From a virus (Duplodnaviria; Caudoviricetes): a stretch of 35,619 bases of DNA. A program made the position numbers and the translations under genes. Positions 1 through 8,260 of the stretch are shown piece after piece. A model generated the notes under the pieces. The model was not told where the DNA came from. It ran no database searches and worked only from the letters and a program-made list of their open reading frames with translations. Each line of letters begins with the position of its first letter. The stretch's first letter is position 1. Where the stretch lies: IMG/VR virus record IMGVR_UViG_3300020045_004184, positions 1-35,619 of that record; one strand, given 5' to 3'.

Positions 1-1180
1 GGGCTTTTTTAATGCCTCTTGACACTGTATAAGCAATAGAAATAAGCACAGAACGTTCTCCGCTTGTTCTCATACTCATTGTATTTTCGGATATGTTTGA
101 TGTTTCAGGCGCTAACATTCTAGCACCAAGGACTGCCATGCTATCTTTTGCAGACTGCATTTTGCGTTCTAGCGTTTGAAGCCCATCGCCTTGAAACTCT
201 AAATAAGCCATTTTAGCATTTGGGTCTGCGAAAACATGAGCTGACGTTGAGCCTAATTGCAATGATTCGCCTTTTGGCATTTGTACACCGCTTGCATAAG
301 CCGTTGGTAATGCTGTGTAATGTGAGCCGTGGGCGTAATCCACACTCGTTTGAAAATAGTTTATATTTACTTTTCCAATATCATATAGTGGGGGCTTGCA
401 CGGTGTAATTGCTAGATTGTCAGGCAAAATACAAATAAAAGGGATAAAGTTTATCGTTTTACCGTTCATATAAATAATGGTCGGTGCTTCTTTCATCAAA
501 TAAGTGTCTTTTTTCTCCGTACTTTCTTCAAACACACGTACGGTGCACACTCCATCAATTAAACTATAAACACGGTAACGAGTACATACTTTGCTTTGGA
601 ATTCATTTTCCCATTCATCGTAGTTTTCTTGTAGCGTAACCATTGTAAGTGTATTTACATTGTTAATCGTTTCAGTACGCCAGTTAATAATACTTTCGGT
701 CGGATATATTTTCATATATGGACGAATGTTCAATTCTTCAACGTCAGCCGCACTCATGCCAGTTGTATCAACCGAAGCCATATCTACAAGGATACCTACA
801 CGCCCAGTCGTTAATAACTCACTAACTGCATTCTGTGCTAAGTCGGTAAGCGTTGAGCTATCTAAGTCTATATTTTCAGCATAACTTTCTAATAGCGTAC
901 TCATCTTAACAATAGGGTCTTTAGCAAAGATCATACCGCTTAAGCCATCAAGCGTGCGTGATGTAAAGTTTTCAAACACTGCACGGTTAATCATCGCTCG
1001 GTATTCTTTATCGTCTTGACCGTCAAGTTTAGCCACGTATTGAAGCGCAATGAGTGAGAAATTAGTTTTAAATTGTGCAATACACTCGCCTTTAATAGCA
1101 TCGTCACCCTCGATAATATCACGCATCATTTTCCATTTGTACATATATGCTTCATAAAGTCTATGTTTAGTATTTACCAT
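1..1180 (-). CDS. Portal protein (DUF4055-like), truncated at window edge
   Basis: Not in the ORF track because there is no stop in the window. Both ends translated by hand in one frame: MVNTKHRLYEAYMYKWKMMRDIIEGDDAIKGE...EYRAMINRAVFENFTSRTLDGLSGMIF...SIAYTVSRGIKKA. Lies downstream of terL. Confidence 0.85.
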   Translation of the reverse strand, partial: MVNTKHRLYEAYMYKWKMMRDIIEGDDAIKGECIAQFKTNFSLIALQYVAKLDGQDDKEYRAMINRAVFENFTSRTLDGLSGMIFAKDPIVKMSTLLESYAENIDLDSSTLTDLAQNAVSELLTTGRVGILVDMASVDTTGMSAADVEELNIRPYMKIYPTESIINWRTETINNVNTLTMVTLQENYDEWENEFQSKVCTRYRVYSLIDGVCTVRVFEESTEKKDTYLMKEAPTIIYMNGKTINFIPFICILPDNLAITPCKPPLYDIGKVNINYFQTSVDYAHGSHYTALPTAYASGVQMPKGESLQLGSTSAHVFADPNAKMAYLEFQGDGLQTLERKMQSAKDSMAVLGARMLAPETSNISENTMSMRTSGERSVLISIAYTVSRGIKKA

Positions 1181-1207
1181 TGCTTGCCTTTGGCTTTAAT
1201 TAGTAAA

Positions 1208-1216
1208 ATTATAACA
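1208..1216 (-). promoter_or_regulatory. Extended -10 promoter for portal
   Basis: Minus strand reads TGTTATAAT about 27 nt upstream of the ATG at 1180. Confidence 0.6.
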
Positions 1217-1242
1217 TAGTGGCAAAGTAGCAAAAATACCTA

Positions 1243-1271
1243 TTTACTTTTAATTGTTAATAGTGTATAAT
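1243..1271 (+). promoter_or_regulatory. Sigma70-type promoter of inserted plus-strand cassette
   Basis: TTTACT-17 bp-TATAAT followed by AAGGAG RBS and ATG 1290. Confidence 0.65.
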
Positions 1272-1289
1272 GTTGTAAAAGGAGTAAAG

Positions 1290-1607
1290 ATGAATAATAA
1301 CAATGTGCCTAAATGGGTTGTAGATGAATGCGACAGCATCACAATTAACGATAAAAAGCGTTACTTTATGTGCCAATATGCACACGCAAACAAGACAATA
1401 AATTCTGATAAGCCATCTATACAACTAGAATTATGTATTTGGAGTGAAGAAATAGGTCGTTTTTTAGCGTGGGATTAGTTTAAAGGCTCTTATTTAGCAG
1501 AAAAACTATGCGACTATGTCAAAAATACCATCAACGGTCAAAGGCGTATATATTTTAGTAACATACATGAGCGTGATTTTAGGTTTAATAATAAAATAAA
1601 GGAATAA
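1290..1607 (+). pseudogene. Hypothetical protein interrupted by in-frame TAG at 1476-1478 (or a 62-aa protein ending there)
   Basis: The frame stays open for 42 more codons after the TAG and ends at TAA 1605-1607, just before the next start. Confidence 0.5.
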
Positions 1608-1611
1608 TAAA

Positions 1612-1878
1612 ATGGAAAACCAAAGATTAAGAAATTTAACAACACATATTTTACATACAAAAGTATCTCATGTTTACGAAGATATTGAGATACTTACTGG
1701 AATTAATATAATGACTCATCAAATACCATCAGCACTAAAAGCTATACAACCATTTTTAGAAAAAAGATTAAACGATGATATATTTTTTGACAATAAATTT
1801 GATTTATCACACTTAGGAAATACAGATATAAAACCTATGGACGAAATTGAAAGAGAATTATTTTTAAGAAAGCTATAA
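1612..1878 (+). CDS. Hypothetical phage protein, 88 aa
   Basis: AAGGA RBS, AT-rich ORF converging on the terL stop. Confidence 0.7.
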   Translation: MENQRLRNLTTHILHTKVSHVYEDIEILTGINIMTHQIPSALKAIQPFLEKRLNDDIFFDNKFDLSHLGNTDIKPMDEIERELFLRKL

Positions 1879-3111
1879 TCCACCAAGCTTAGCAGATGAG
1901 TAGCCATGCAAAATAGGGTACATTCTCCCTACAACATAACCAAAAGCATCTGTATAGTCATCTATTGCAGGGTGTTTTGTAAACTTTTCAGGCATTCCTT
2001 TGTCGTCGTAAGCATGAACTTGGAGTGCTTCGTATGTTTTACGTGCTGTGTGTTGGTTAACCAAAATCGTATTTGTCATAAACTTTCTATTGCAGGCGTT
2101 GTATCGTGTTGAAGTTGCGCCATTATCGGCAGGAACATTACACATAAAGCCAGCGCTTTTAAGCATATCGATGTCTGTCTTTGTTGAGTTAGTGTGTCTA
2201 TTTCCACCGCTCACATCAGGGTAAAGTGTCACATCGTGGCGTGAATATCTACTTTTTAACTCTACGATCATGTTTTCAGTGTCATAACTTACAAATTCGT
2301 CTATTATATGCGCTAGTCCGTTAGTATCTTCTCCCAATGCTACACATACACAACCACCAATGTTGAAGTCTACACCAATATGCAAACGATAAAAGTCAGT
2401 AATAGTCTTATCGCTGATATGCTCTTGAAATTTAAAACGGTGATGGATAATGTTACCATTAAGTACGCCCCACTCACCGAGGGCATAAATGCGGTATTGC
2501 TGTTCATCGTAGAGTGCAATATCTTCTATCTCTTGTCGGTATTCTTTATCAATAAAGCTATTGTCTAAGTATGTGGTCTTGTAAATGTGCGCCTTTGACT
2601 GTTCCGTATCGAAGAAATGAGTTTTAAGCCAGTGTAAGTGATAAATAGGGTTAAACGTAATAATGATTTGCTTATAGTAAGGTGTTTCGCCACGCAAACG
2701 CCTGTTAAGCTCCAGTATGTCCTTTTGTTCAGCTTCACTCGCTTCTTCCACCCAAATTGACGTAATGCCTTGAATAGACTTAAGCTTTTCAATGTTGTCT
2801 AATCCAAAAAATATAAGCATTGAGCCGTTAGGGATGTATGTTATTGTCATATCGGATTTATTTATTTTAAAGTCGTTATAAAGTTCGTAAGTTGATATTA
2901 AATCTCTGAATAGCTGAAATACTGATACACGCAATGTCGTAGCTACTTTACGTACGATAAGGAACTTATGATTTTCTTCACTCATCATGCGAATTAGTAT
3001 TTTTTGCGCTGTCGTGTAGCTCTTGCCGCTACCTGCTCCACCGTAGCTTATAAGCCAACGGGTATTATCTTCAAAAAAGTCTTTGTGCGATCTGTTTACT
3101 TGGATATTCAT
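1873..3111 (-). CDS. terL: Terminase large subunit, PBSX family
   Basis: Walker A YGGAGSGKS, Walker B WVEEASE, nuclease motifs IGVDFN and HPAIDDYTDAFGY. Confidence 0.95.
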   Translation of the reverse strand: MNIQVNRSHKDFFEDNTRWLISYGGAGSGKSYTTAQKILIRMMSEENHKFLIVRKVATTLRVSVFQLFRDLISTYELYNDFKINKSDMTITYIPNGSMLIFFGLDNIEKLKSIQGITSIWVEEASEAEQKDILELNRRLRGETPYYKQIIITFNPIYHLHWLKTHFFDTEQSKAHIYKTTYLDNSFIDKEYRQEIEDIALYDEQQYRIYALGEWGVLNGNIIHHRFKFQEHISDKTITDFYRLHIGVDFNIGGCVCVALGEDTNGLAHIIDEFVSYDTENMIVELKSRYSRHDVTLYPDVSGGNRHTNSTKTDIDMLKSAGFMCNVPADNGATSTRYNACNRKFMTNTILVNQHTARKTYEALQVHAYDDKGMPEKFTKHPAIDDYTDAFGYVVGRMYPILHGYSSAKLGGL

Positions 3112-3398
3112 TATTCCAACATAATTTTTAAATTGTTTTTAATTGCCTTAAATGATATTTTTTCATTATTTAATAATTCTGTTAATTTGTTAAATAATTC
3201 TTTAGAATGTTTATAGTTAAATCCAACTATAATTAACGTATTATTTCGGTCAAGTCCTCGTATTTTATCGGCATTATCAAGAATACTAAAAAAAATTATG
3301 TTTTTAAATTTTATAATTTTATTTAAATTTAAATCTTCATAATAATCACATCTAATTGTTTCCATTTTTCTACTATGTACTATTTCATCAAAAGTCAT
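3111..3398 (-). CDS. Very AT-rich hypothetical protein between terS and terL
   Basis: AAGGGG RBS; stop overlaps the terL start. Confidence 0.6.
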   Translation of the reverse strand: MTFDEIVHSRKMETIRCDYYEDLNLNKIIKFKNIIFFSILDNADKIRGLDRNNTLIIVGFNYKHSKELFNKLTELLNNEKISFKAIKNNLKIMLE

Positions 3399-3407
3399 TT
3401 TATCCCC

Positions 3408-3932
3408 TTATTTATACTCAATGGTTACGTTCTTCTGTTCGTTTACCTGCGCCCCTGCCGTTGCTGATATGTTTGTCGTGGCGTGACGTTTGTTTATTCC
3501 TAGCGTTAAAGAGGCTTTGTCTATCGTGTCTTGACATTGTTTGAAGTCGTCTGCTCCTAGTCCTACCTCTTCAAATTGTTGTATGCCATCGCCTACGTTT
3601 ATCTTTTCTAGTTTTTTATTTCCACTTAGATATTGCATTGTGCGGACTAAGTTCAATTGAGTGGCGTTAGTAATTAAGCTTTTATTATAAACTTCTTCTT
3701 GTGCAGTGTTCAAAATAGCGTTCAAGTGTTCAACTGGTAAAATAGACTTTGCCGATAATATCGATATTTGAGCGTTCACTAAGTGTTCATTTTGAGGTGT
3801 TATTGACTTTGTGAGATTGTTTACTGTGCCAATAGAGGTATTATACTTTTTTGCTAAATCTCTTTGGCTGTATTTATTGGTATGATAGTCTGCAATAAGT
3901 AAGTCTTTGTCATGATCGCTTAGTTTAGCCAC
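3408..3932 (-). CDS. terS: Terminase small subunit (N-terminal HTH)
   Basis: HTH-like YSQRDLAKKYNTSIGTV; position upstream of terL; GTG start with AAGGG RBS. Confidence 0.75.
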   Translation of the reverse strand: MAKLSDHDKDLLIADYHTNKYSQRDLAKKYNTSIGTVNNLTKSITPQNEHLVNAQISILSAKSILPVEHLNAILNTAQEEVYNKSLITNATQLNLVRTMQYLSGNKKLEKINVGDGIQQFEEVGLGADDFKQCQDTIDKASLTLGINKRHATTNISATAGAQVNEQKNVTIEYK

Positions 3933-3935
3933 TAC

Positions 3936-4436
3936 TTACCCTTCAAAATATTTAATAATTGCTATTGCCTCTTTATGTAGCAACCCTTCTTCACCATCTG
4001 TTTGCAAAACATTATATTTTGGTATGACACTACAATAGTCTCCGCAAATATCTACTGTTTCATCATCTAAAACTAAATATCTATCTTTAAAACTATTGTC
4101 ATTAATCCACTGCATAATCTGCTCACCTCTAAACTCATTAATAAGCTTTGATGGTTTGCTATAATCTTTATGCTCTCTATAACATTCCGGTGTTTTATCA
4201 ATAACTAAATTCCAATATTTAAAACCTTGTTGCTCTAATTGAAGTTTTAAATCTTCCATGTCTGCTTTCCACGAAGAAGAAATAACAATTTTCAAATGTT
4301 GCACCATTTCACAGATATAATTTAGCCTACCAACCAAATGAGGCTCTATGTGTTGACCGTATGGTTTCATAAATGTTCTTGACGATGAGCCATACATATT
4401 TAAGACACCATCAATATCTAAAAATATAATATTCAT
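3936..4436 (-). CDS. HAD-superfamily phosphatase, Swiss Army Knife RNA-repair-like HAD domain (copy 1)
   Basis: IIFLDIDGVLN (DxD), IVISSSW, RGEQI, YLVLDD motifs. Confidence 0.85.
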   Translation of the reverse strand: MNIIFLDIDGVLNMYGSSSRTFMKPYGQHIEPHLVGRLNYICEMVQHLKIVISSSWKADMEDLKLQLEQQGFKYWNLVIDKTPECYREHKDYSKPSKLINEFRGEQIMQWINDNSFKDRYLVLDDETVDICGDYCSVIPKYNVLQTDGEEGLLHKEAIAIIKYFEG

Positions 4437-4593
4437 TGCTTTACTCCATCTCTAGTCTTAATACTAGGCGCATTGTACACTTTTCCCATCTCTCTGCCAC
4501 ACTCACAATATTCTCGCCTTGAAGAGCTTTACTCATAGGCTTAATTACTTCAACGGTTGCGTCACAATGTGAGCAGTGATACATATAGGTCAT
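4433..4593 (-). pseudogene. FmdB-like zinc-ribbon protein with a 1-nt frameshift
   Basis: YMYHCSHC...KPMS in one frame; EYCECGREMGKVYNAPSIKT...TGA, overlapping the HAD ATG, in another. Confidence 0.6.
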
Positions 4594-4784
4594 TTAATCT
4601 CGCTTCCATCGCTGTATCTAAATCTAACCAAATACTTAAATCTATGTTCCATACAATTAACATCATACACTAAAAAATTACACTTTTTAAAATTACTTTG
4701 CTGAAAGTCGTAATGGCGTAAACACCCACGCCTATGGATACACTCGATACTATTGCAATATGTTAAGTCTTTAATTTGTTTCAT
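4590..4784 (-). CDS. Small Cys-containing hypothetical protein
   Basis: DLTYCNSIECIHRRGCLRH; ATGA overlaps at both ends. Confidence 0.7.
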   Translation of the reverse strand: MKQIKDLTYCNSIECIHRRGCLRHYDFQQSNFKKCNFLVYDVNCMEHRFKYLVRFRYSDGSEIK

Positions 4785-4930
4785 TTATTGAGCCATTTTG
4801 AAAATATCTCTTGCAATTCAAAACCTGCCAATGTTGATACTTTAATAACTGATAATATAAAACCTAAAAATATAAATGGCAATTCGACTACTAAAAGTAT
4901 TATTGCTAAAATTGATTTAATGTATTGCAT
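4781..4930 (-). CDS. Small membrane protein, 49 aa
   Basis: MQYIKSILAIILLVVELPFIFLGFILSVIK...; GAGG RBS; ATGA overlap with the next gene. Confidence 0.65.
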   Translation of the reverse strand: MQYIKSILAIILLVVELPFIFLGFILSVIKVSTLAGFELQEIFSKWLNK

Positions 4931-5156
4931 TGTTACCTCTATAAACTATCAAATCGTAACGTTTCGTAAACCTACTAGGCTCTGCAAGTATTATATCTAA
5001 ATTCTTTTCTAATTTGCCTACTCGTAAATTTTCTAAGTCCGAATATAATAGCCGTTTATTTTTCACTTTATAGGCTTTAATTATAGCTTGTTCCACGCTG
5101 TATAGATTATCGTTAAATAGATCGCATACTGCGTAAAACTTGCTGATGGTAGTCAA
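4917..5156 (-). CDS. Hypothetical protein
   Basis: Fits tight gene packing; TTG start. Confidence 0.55.
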   Translation of the reverse strand: MTTISKFYAVCDLFNDNLYSVEQAIIKAYKVKNKRLLYSDLENLRVGKLEKNLDIILAEPSRFTKRYDLIVYRGNNAIH

Positions 5157-5166
5157 AAATTAAGCC

Positions 5167-5349
5167 CTATTTAAAACAAGCATAAACAATCCAACTTAAC
5201 ATAGATACAAACAAAGCAGGAACTAATGCTAAAACATTTCCCAGCCCACTTGCAAACCCTCCATTGTCTTTAACTATAAAAATAGCCCAAAAAATAGGCA
5301 ATATAGTAAAAGCAATAGGAATATAAACTGCATTAAATTCTATCGTCAT
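5167..5349 (-). CDS. Small membrane protein (two hydrophobic segments)
   Basis: AAGGA RBS; start overlaps the stop of the HTH gene. Confidence 0.7.
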   Translation of the reverse strand: MTIEFNAVYIPIAFTILPIFWAIFIVKDNGGFASGLGNVLALVPALFVSMLSWIVYACFK

Positions 5350-5567
5350 TACTTTTCCTTTTCATCCAAATAATCACAAATCTTACTCAGTACGCTAGTT
5401 TGAAAGTTTTCTTGCTTCCCACGTCTTAAAGCGTAAACCGTGTTAATGCCTAGCCCAGTTTCTTCAATGAGCTTATTGACTTTATCCATCTTTTGATTTT
5501 CGTCTTTGTCGATGTGATTGATTAGTCTAGTTCTTAAGTCGTTTACTGTTGTTTGGATTATGTTCAT
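5349..5567 (-). CDS. Cro/XRE-like helix-turn-helix regulator
   Basis: VNKLIEETGLGINTVYALRRGK...SVLSKICDYL; first protein gene of the leftward unit. Confidence 0.8.
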   Translation of the reverse strand: MNIIQTTVNDLRTRLINHIDKDENQKMDKVNKLIEETGLGINTVYALRRGKQENFQTSVLSKICDYLDEKEK

Positions 5568-5588
5568 TTTTTGTTTCCTTTTATTTTA

Positions 5589-5691
5589 TAACGTGTAGTA
5601 GCCCATTACTGACGCATTACGCCTCGCCTTTGGTTTTATTCTTGAAAATAGTGAGTACACTACTCGCTCTCCACTTGACTACTACACGTTA
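5589..5691 (-). ncRNA. Structured RNA unit C, closed by a 13-bp stem
   Basis: TAACGTGTAGTAG (5589-5601) and CTACTACACGTTA (5679-5691) form a perfect inverted repeat, with internal hairpins. Confidence 0.55.
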
Positions 5692-5695
5692 AATA

Positions 5696-5801
5696 TAAAG
5701 CTCACTTAGGACTCGTTTCCATCTACTAACTTGCCGAGTTGTTCCTTACGCTATTTACGACGGGGTAGAAGCCGTCCATAATCTCCGTTAAGTGAGCTTT
5801 A
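5696..5801 (-). ncRNA. Structured RNA unit B, closed by a 13-bp stem
   Basis: TAAAGCTCACTTA (5696-5708) and TAAGTGAGCTTTA (5789-5801); internal stems GACGG/CCGTC and ACTCG/CGAGT. Confidence 0.6.
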
Positions 5802-5808
5802 AACAACA

Positions 5809-5880
5809 AGTTTAAAATATATAATGGACTCGAACCATTGACCCAAGGCTCTAACCAACTGAGCTAATATACTTTAAACT
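5809..5880 (-). ncRNA. tRNA-like RNA lacking the anticodon arm (unit A)
   Basis: Minus strand: AGTTTAAAGTATAT TA GCTC AGTTGGTTA GAGC CTT GGGTC AATGG TTCGAGT CCATT ATATATTTTAAACT. Confidence 0.75.
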
Positions 5881-5889
5881 ACAAATGAC

Positions 5890-5918
5890 ATTATACAATA
5901 ATTATTTAAAAATGTAAA
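5890..5918 (-). promoter_or_regulatory. Leftward promoter driving the RNA cluster and leftward genes
   Basis: TTTACA-17 bp-TATAAT on the minus strand; predicted start near 5883, a few nt before unit A. Confidence 0.7.
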
Positions 5919-5963
5919 GTGTAAAATAATATTGTCATAATCAATCAACTTTATCGCAAAACG

Positions 5964-6004
5964 TGTTAAAATTAAACTATGTTAAAGTTATATGGGTATA
6001 TAAT
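5964..6004 (+). promoter_or_regulatory. Rightward early promoter candidates
   Basis: TGTTAAAAT at 5964-5972 and TATAAT at 5999-6004 upstream of an AAGGAG RBS. Confidence 0.45.
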
Positions 6005-6031
6005 AACGGTATCAAAACAAAAGGAGTTAGA

Positions 6032-6382
6032 ATGAATCCACACACAGGCGAGATTAAAAAACTATCGGACTTAACAGAAGTAGAAAAAGCTTTTTTTAAT
6101 CCTATCAAAAATAAATTTGCAAATAAAGAAGCACAAACAGCACTTGTTGGAAAAAGTTCGGCTTTTCCTAATTTTAACAAAAACCCTTATTTAAAAAAGG
6201 AACGTAAACGTATGCTAAAAGAAGAAATGGCTGTAGCCATTAAAAAAGCCGCGGATTCTTCTAAAGAAGCTAAAAACGAAGTAATAGCTCTTACTAAAGC
6301 TGGGTACGGGGTACGCGCTATGTACGAGAAAATGGTTAAGCACGGGCTATTTATAAATAAAAAGGAGACTTATGATTCGTAA
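6032..6382 (+). CDS. Basic hypothetical protein
   Basis: AAGGAG RBS before ATG 6032 (MNPHTGEIKK). Confidence 0.7.
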   Translation: MNPHTGEIKKLSDLTEVEKAFFNPIKNKFANKEAQTALVGKSSAFPNFNKNPYLKKERKRMLKEEMAVAIKKAADSSKEAKNEVIALTKAGYGVRAMYEKMVKHGLFINKKETYDS

Positions 6383-6557
6383 ACAATCACCCTCTATGCT
6401 CTTGCTAGACCAACATCGGCAAGAGATAGAGGCGTTACTAAACAATAAGGCGAGTGTAGCGTTACTGGTGCGAAAGTTTGGAACTTGCACTAACACGATG
6501 AAAAAGTATATTAAAAGTTTGAAAGGGAATGAAGATGCTATACCAAATACAAAATGA
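6372..6557 (+). CDS. Small HTH-like protein
   Basis: EIEALLNNKASVALLVRKFGTCTNTMKKYI; AAGGAG RBS. Confidence 0.6.
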   Translation: MIRKQSPSMLLLDQHRQEIEALLNNKASVALLVRKFGTCTNTMKKYIKSLKGNEDAIPNTK

Positions 6558-7110
6558 ATTAAAAGCACCAAAGAATCAAACCAACACTTTTGGAAAATAT
6601 AAATACCGTTCATGTGAAGACATAGAAGAAGCATTAAAGCCTATTTTATTTAAACATGAAGCAAGTATGTTTATTAGCGATGAAATTGTGCTTATAGGTG
6701 AAAGATACTATATCAAAGCCATAGTAAATCTTACACTAAAAGATGGTGCAAAATACGTAGCTACTTCTTACGCAAGAGAAGAAGATAGCAAAAAAGGAAT
6801 GGATGCCAGCCAATTAACTGGCGCGACATCATCATATGCTAGAAAATATGCTTTAAATGCAATGTTTTTAATTGATGATACAAAAGATTCAGACGCAACA
6901 AATACCCATGGTAAAGATGAACCTAAAATCACAAAAGAAGAATTGCAAAATAGAGTTTTAGAAATTAAGGCTTTAATTATAAAAAGTGGTGCAAATAAAG
7001 CGGAGCTACTAAAATATTTTAAAGTTGATAGCGTAGAAAACCTACCTTATGAAAATACAGTTAACGCTTTAAAATCAAAAATTGAAAAGGCAAAAAATGG
7101 AACTAATTAA
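6529..7110 (+). CDS. erf: ERF-family single-strand annealing recombinase
   Basis: IQNELKAPKNQTNTFGKYKYRSCEDI and SQLTGATSSYARKYALNAMFLIDD. Confidence 0.92.
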   Translation: MKMLYQIQNELKAPKNQTNTFGKYKYRSCEDIEEALKPILFKHEASMFISDEIVLIGERYYIKAIVNLTLKDGAKYVATSYAREEDSKKGMDASQLTGATSSYARKYALNAMFLIDDTKDSDATNTHGKDEPKITKEELQNRVLEIKALIIKSGANKAELLKYFKVDSVENLPYENTVNALKSKIEKAKNGTN

Positions 7111-7930
7111 CGTTGAGCAAGGGTCACAAGAGTGGCACGATCTTAGGGCTAAGTATTATAAAACAGCTTCAAGAACGCCAGTTGTGTTAGGGCTATCCCC
7201 ATTTTCAAAAATTGAGGATTTAGCTAAAGAGCTTAAGCATGGTATTAAACCTTACTATAATAACGCCATGAGACGTGGAAACGAATTAGAGCCTATGGTA
7301 AGGGAATTAGCAAACAAACACTTTAATGACGTTTTTGAGCCTGCTGTGGGTGTTAATGCAGACTTCCTAGCTTCTTTAGATGGTATTAACTTTGACGGTG
7401 ACACTATCATTGAAATTAAAGTAAGTGAACACACGTATCACGAATTAAAAAACGGGAAAATACCAGAATATTACAAAGCACAAATGTTACATCAAATGTT
7501 TGTTTTTGAAGCTAAAAAATCATATTTGGTAGCATATAGCGAATTAAACAATGATATTGCTGTAAGCGATGCTGTACTAGATGATGCAGTTTGGTTTTGG
7601 GATATGCTTAATGCATGGCACCAATTTGATGATTTTATGGAAAGTTACGAGTTACCAGCGCAACAAGAAATGACAGACAAAAAATGGAAAAGTATTTGCT
7701 CTAAGCTTATTAAAATTAACGAAAAAAAGAAAAAGCTTGAAGCAGAAGAAAAGCAATATAAGGAACAACTGATTGAGCTTTCAAAAGGAGTTAAATCTAT
7801 CGGTTGTGGTGTTATGGTTTACCCTATAAATAAAAATAACATTGACTATAAAAAGTTGATTGAAGATAAAAAAATAGACGTTGAGCCATACAAAACAAGT
7901 AGCACATCATGGGGCGTTAAAATACAATGA
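7097..7930 (+). CDS. YqaJ / lambda-exonuclease family nuclease
   Basis: QGSQEWHDLR, MRRGNELEP, ASLDG...IIEIK, YYKAQMLHQM. Confidence 0.92.
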   Translation: MELINVEQGSQEWHDLRAKYYKTASRTPVVLGLSPFSKIEDLAKELKHGIKPYYNNAMRRGNELEPMVRELANKHFNDVFEPAVGVNADFLASLDGINFDGDTIIEIKVSEHTYHELKNGKIPEYYKAQMLHQMFVFEAKKSYLVAYSELNNDIAVSDAVLDDAVWFWDMLNAWHQFDDFMESYELPAQQEMTDKKWKSICSKLIKINEKKKKLEAEEKQYKEQLIELSKGVKSIGCGVMVYPINKNNIDYKKLIEDKKIDVEPYKTSSTSWGVKIQ

Positions 7931-8256
7931 AAATATCCACGGCTTATAATCGATTTTTGCATGGAGCAGTGTTTAACGAGATTATGAAAGTAGATTATTT
8001 ACGCATAAGAATAGGTAATATTACACGTATATTGCCAATTAAAAAAAATATGGATTATCTAAAGTTTTGGCTAAAAGTATTTAACTTAGATTATCCAATA
8101 GGCGACAATGGCGTAAAGTATTCAACTAGGTGGATAGACACAAAGCAAACAGCACAGCACATTGAGTGGTGCATTAAAATAATGGGCGAGAACGGACACG
8201 AGTTACCATTCGTGCGTGAAGAATGGGAAAGATTAGTAAATCAATATAAAGGATAA
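7927..8256 (+). CDS. Possible NinB/Orf-like recombination accessory protein
   Basis: YNRFLHGAV and STRWIDTKQTAQHIEW resemble NinB-family motifs; lies in the recombination module. Confidence 0.5.
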   Translation: MKISTAYNRFLHGAVFNEIMKVDYLRIRIGNITRILPIKKNMDYLKFWLKVFNLDYPIGDNGVKYSTRWIDTKQTAQHIEWCIKIMGENGHELPFVREEWERLVNQYKG

Positions 8257-8260
8257 AAAA

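Noticed and set aside
220-3544. Plus-strand ORFs 220, 660, 1906, 2380, 3004, 3356 and minus-strand 1719, 2565
   Set aside because: They are shadows or alternate frames of portal, terminase or cassette genes, with no supporting RBS or motif.
5696-5801. Pistol or hammerhead ribozyme (hairpin followed by UAAAUAG; GAAAC)
   Set aside because: The pistol GCGU after the pseudoknot strand and the expected spacing are missing, and there is no CUGANGA core. An Infernal search would settle it.
5809-5880. Functional tRNA gene, amber suppressor or attP tRNA fragment
   Set aside because: There is no anticodon arm or CCA. An attP normally copies one contiguous part of a host tRNA, whereas this joins both D- and T-arms with an unusual AT-rich acceptor stem, and no integrase is adjacent.
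5589-5880. CRISPR mini-array
   Set aside because: The units share no direct repeat; only unit-specific inverted repeats are present.
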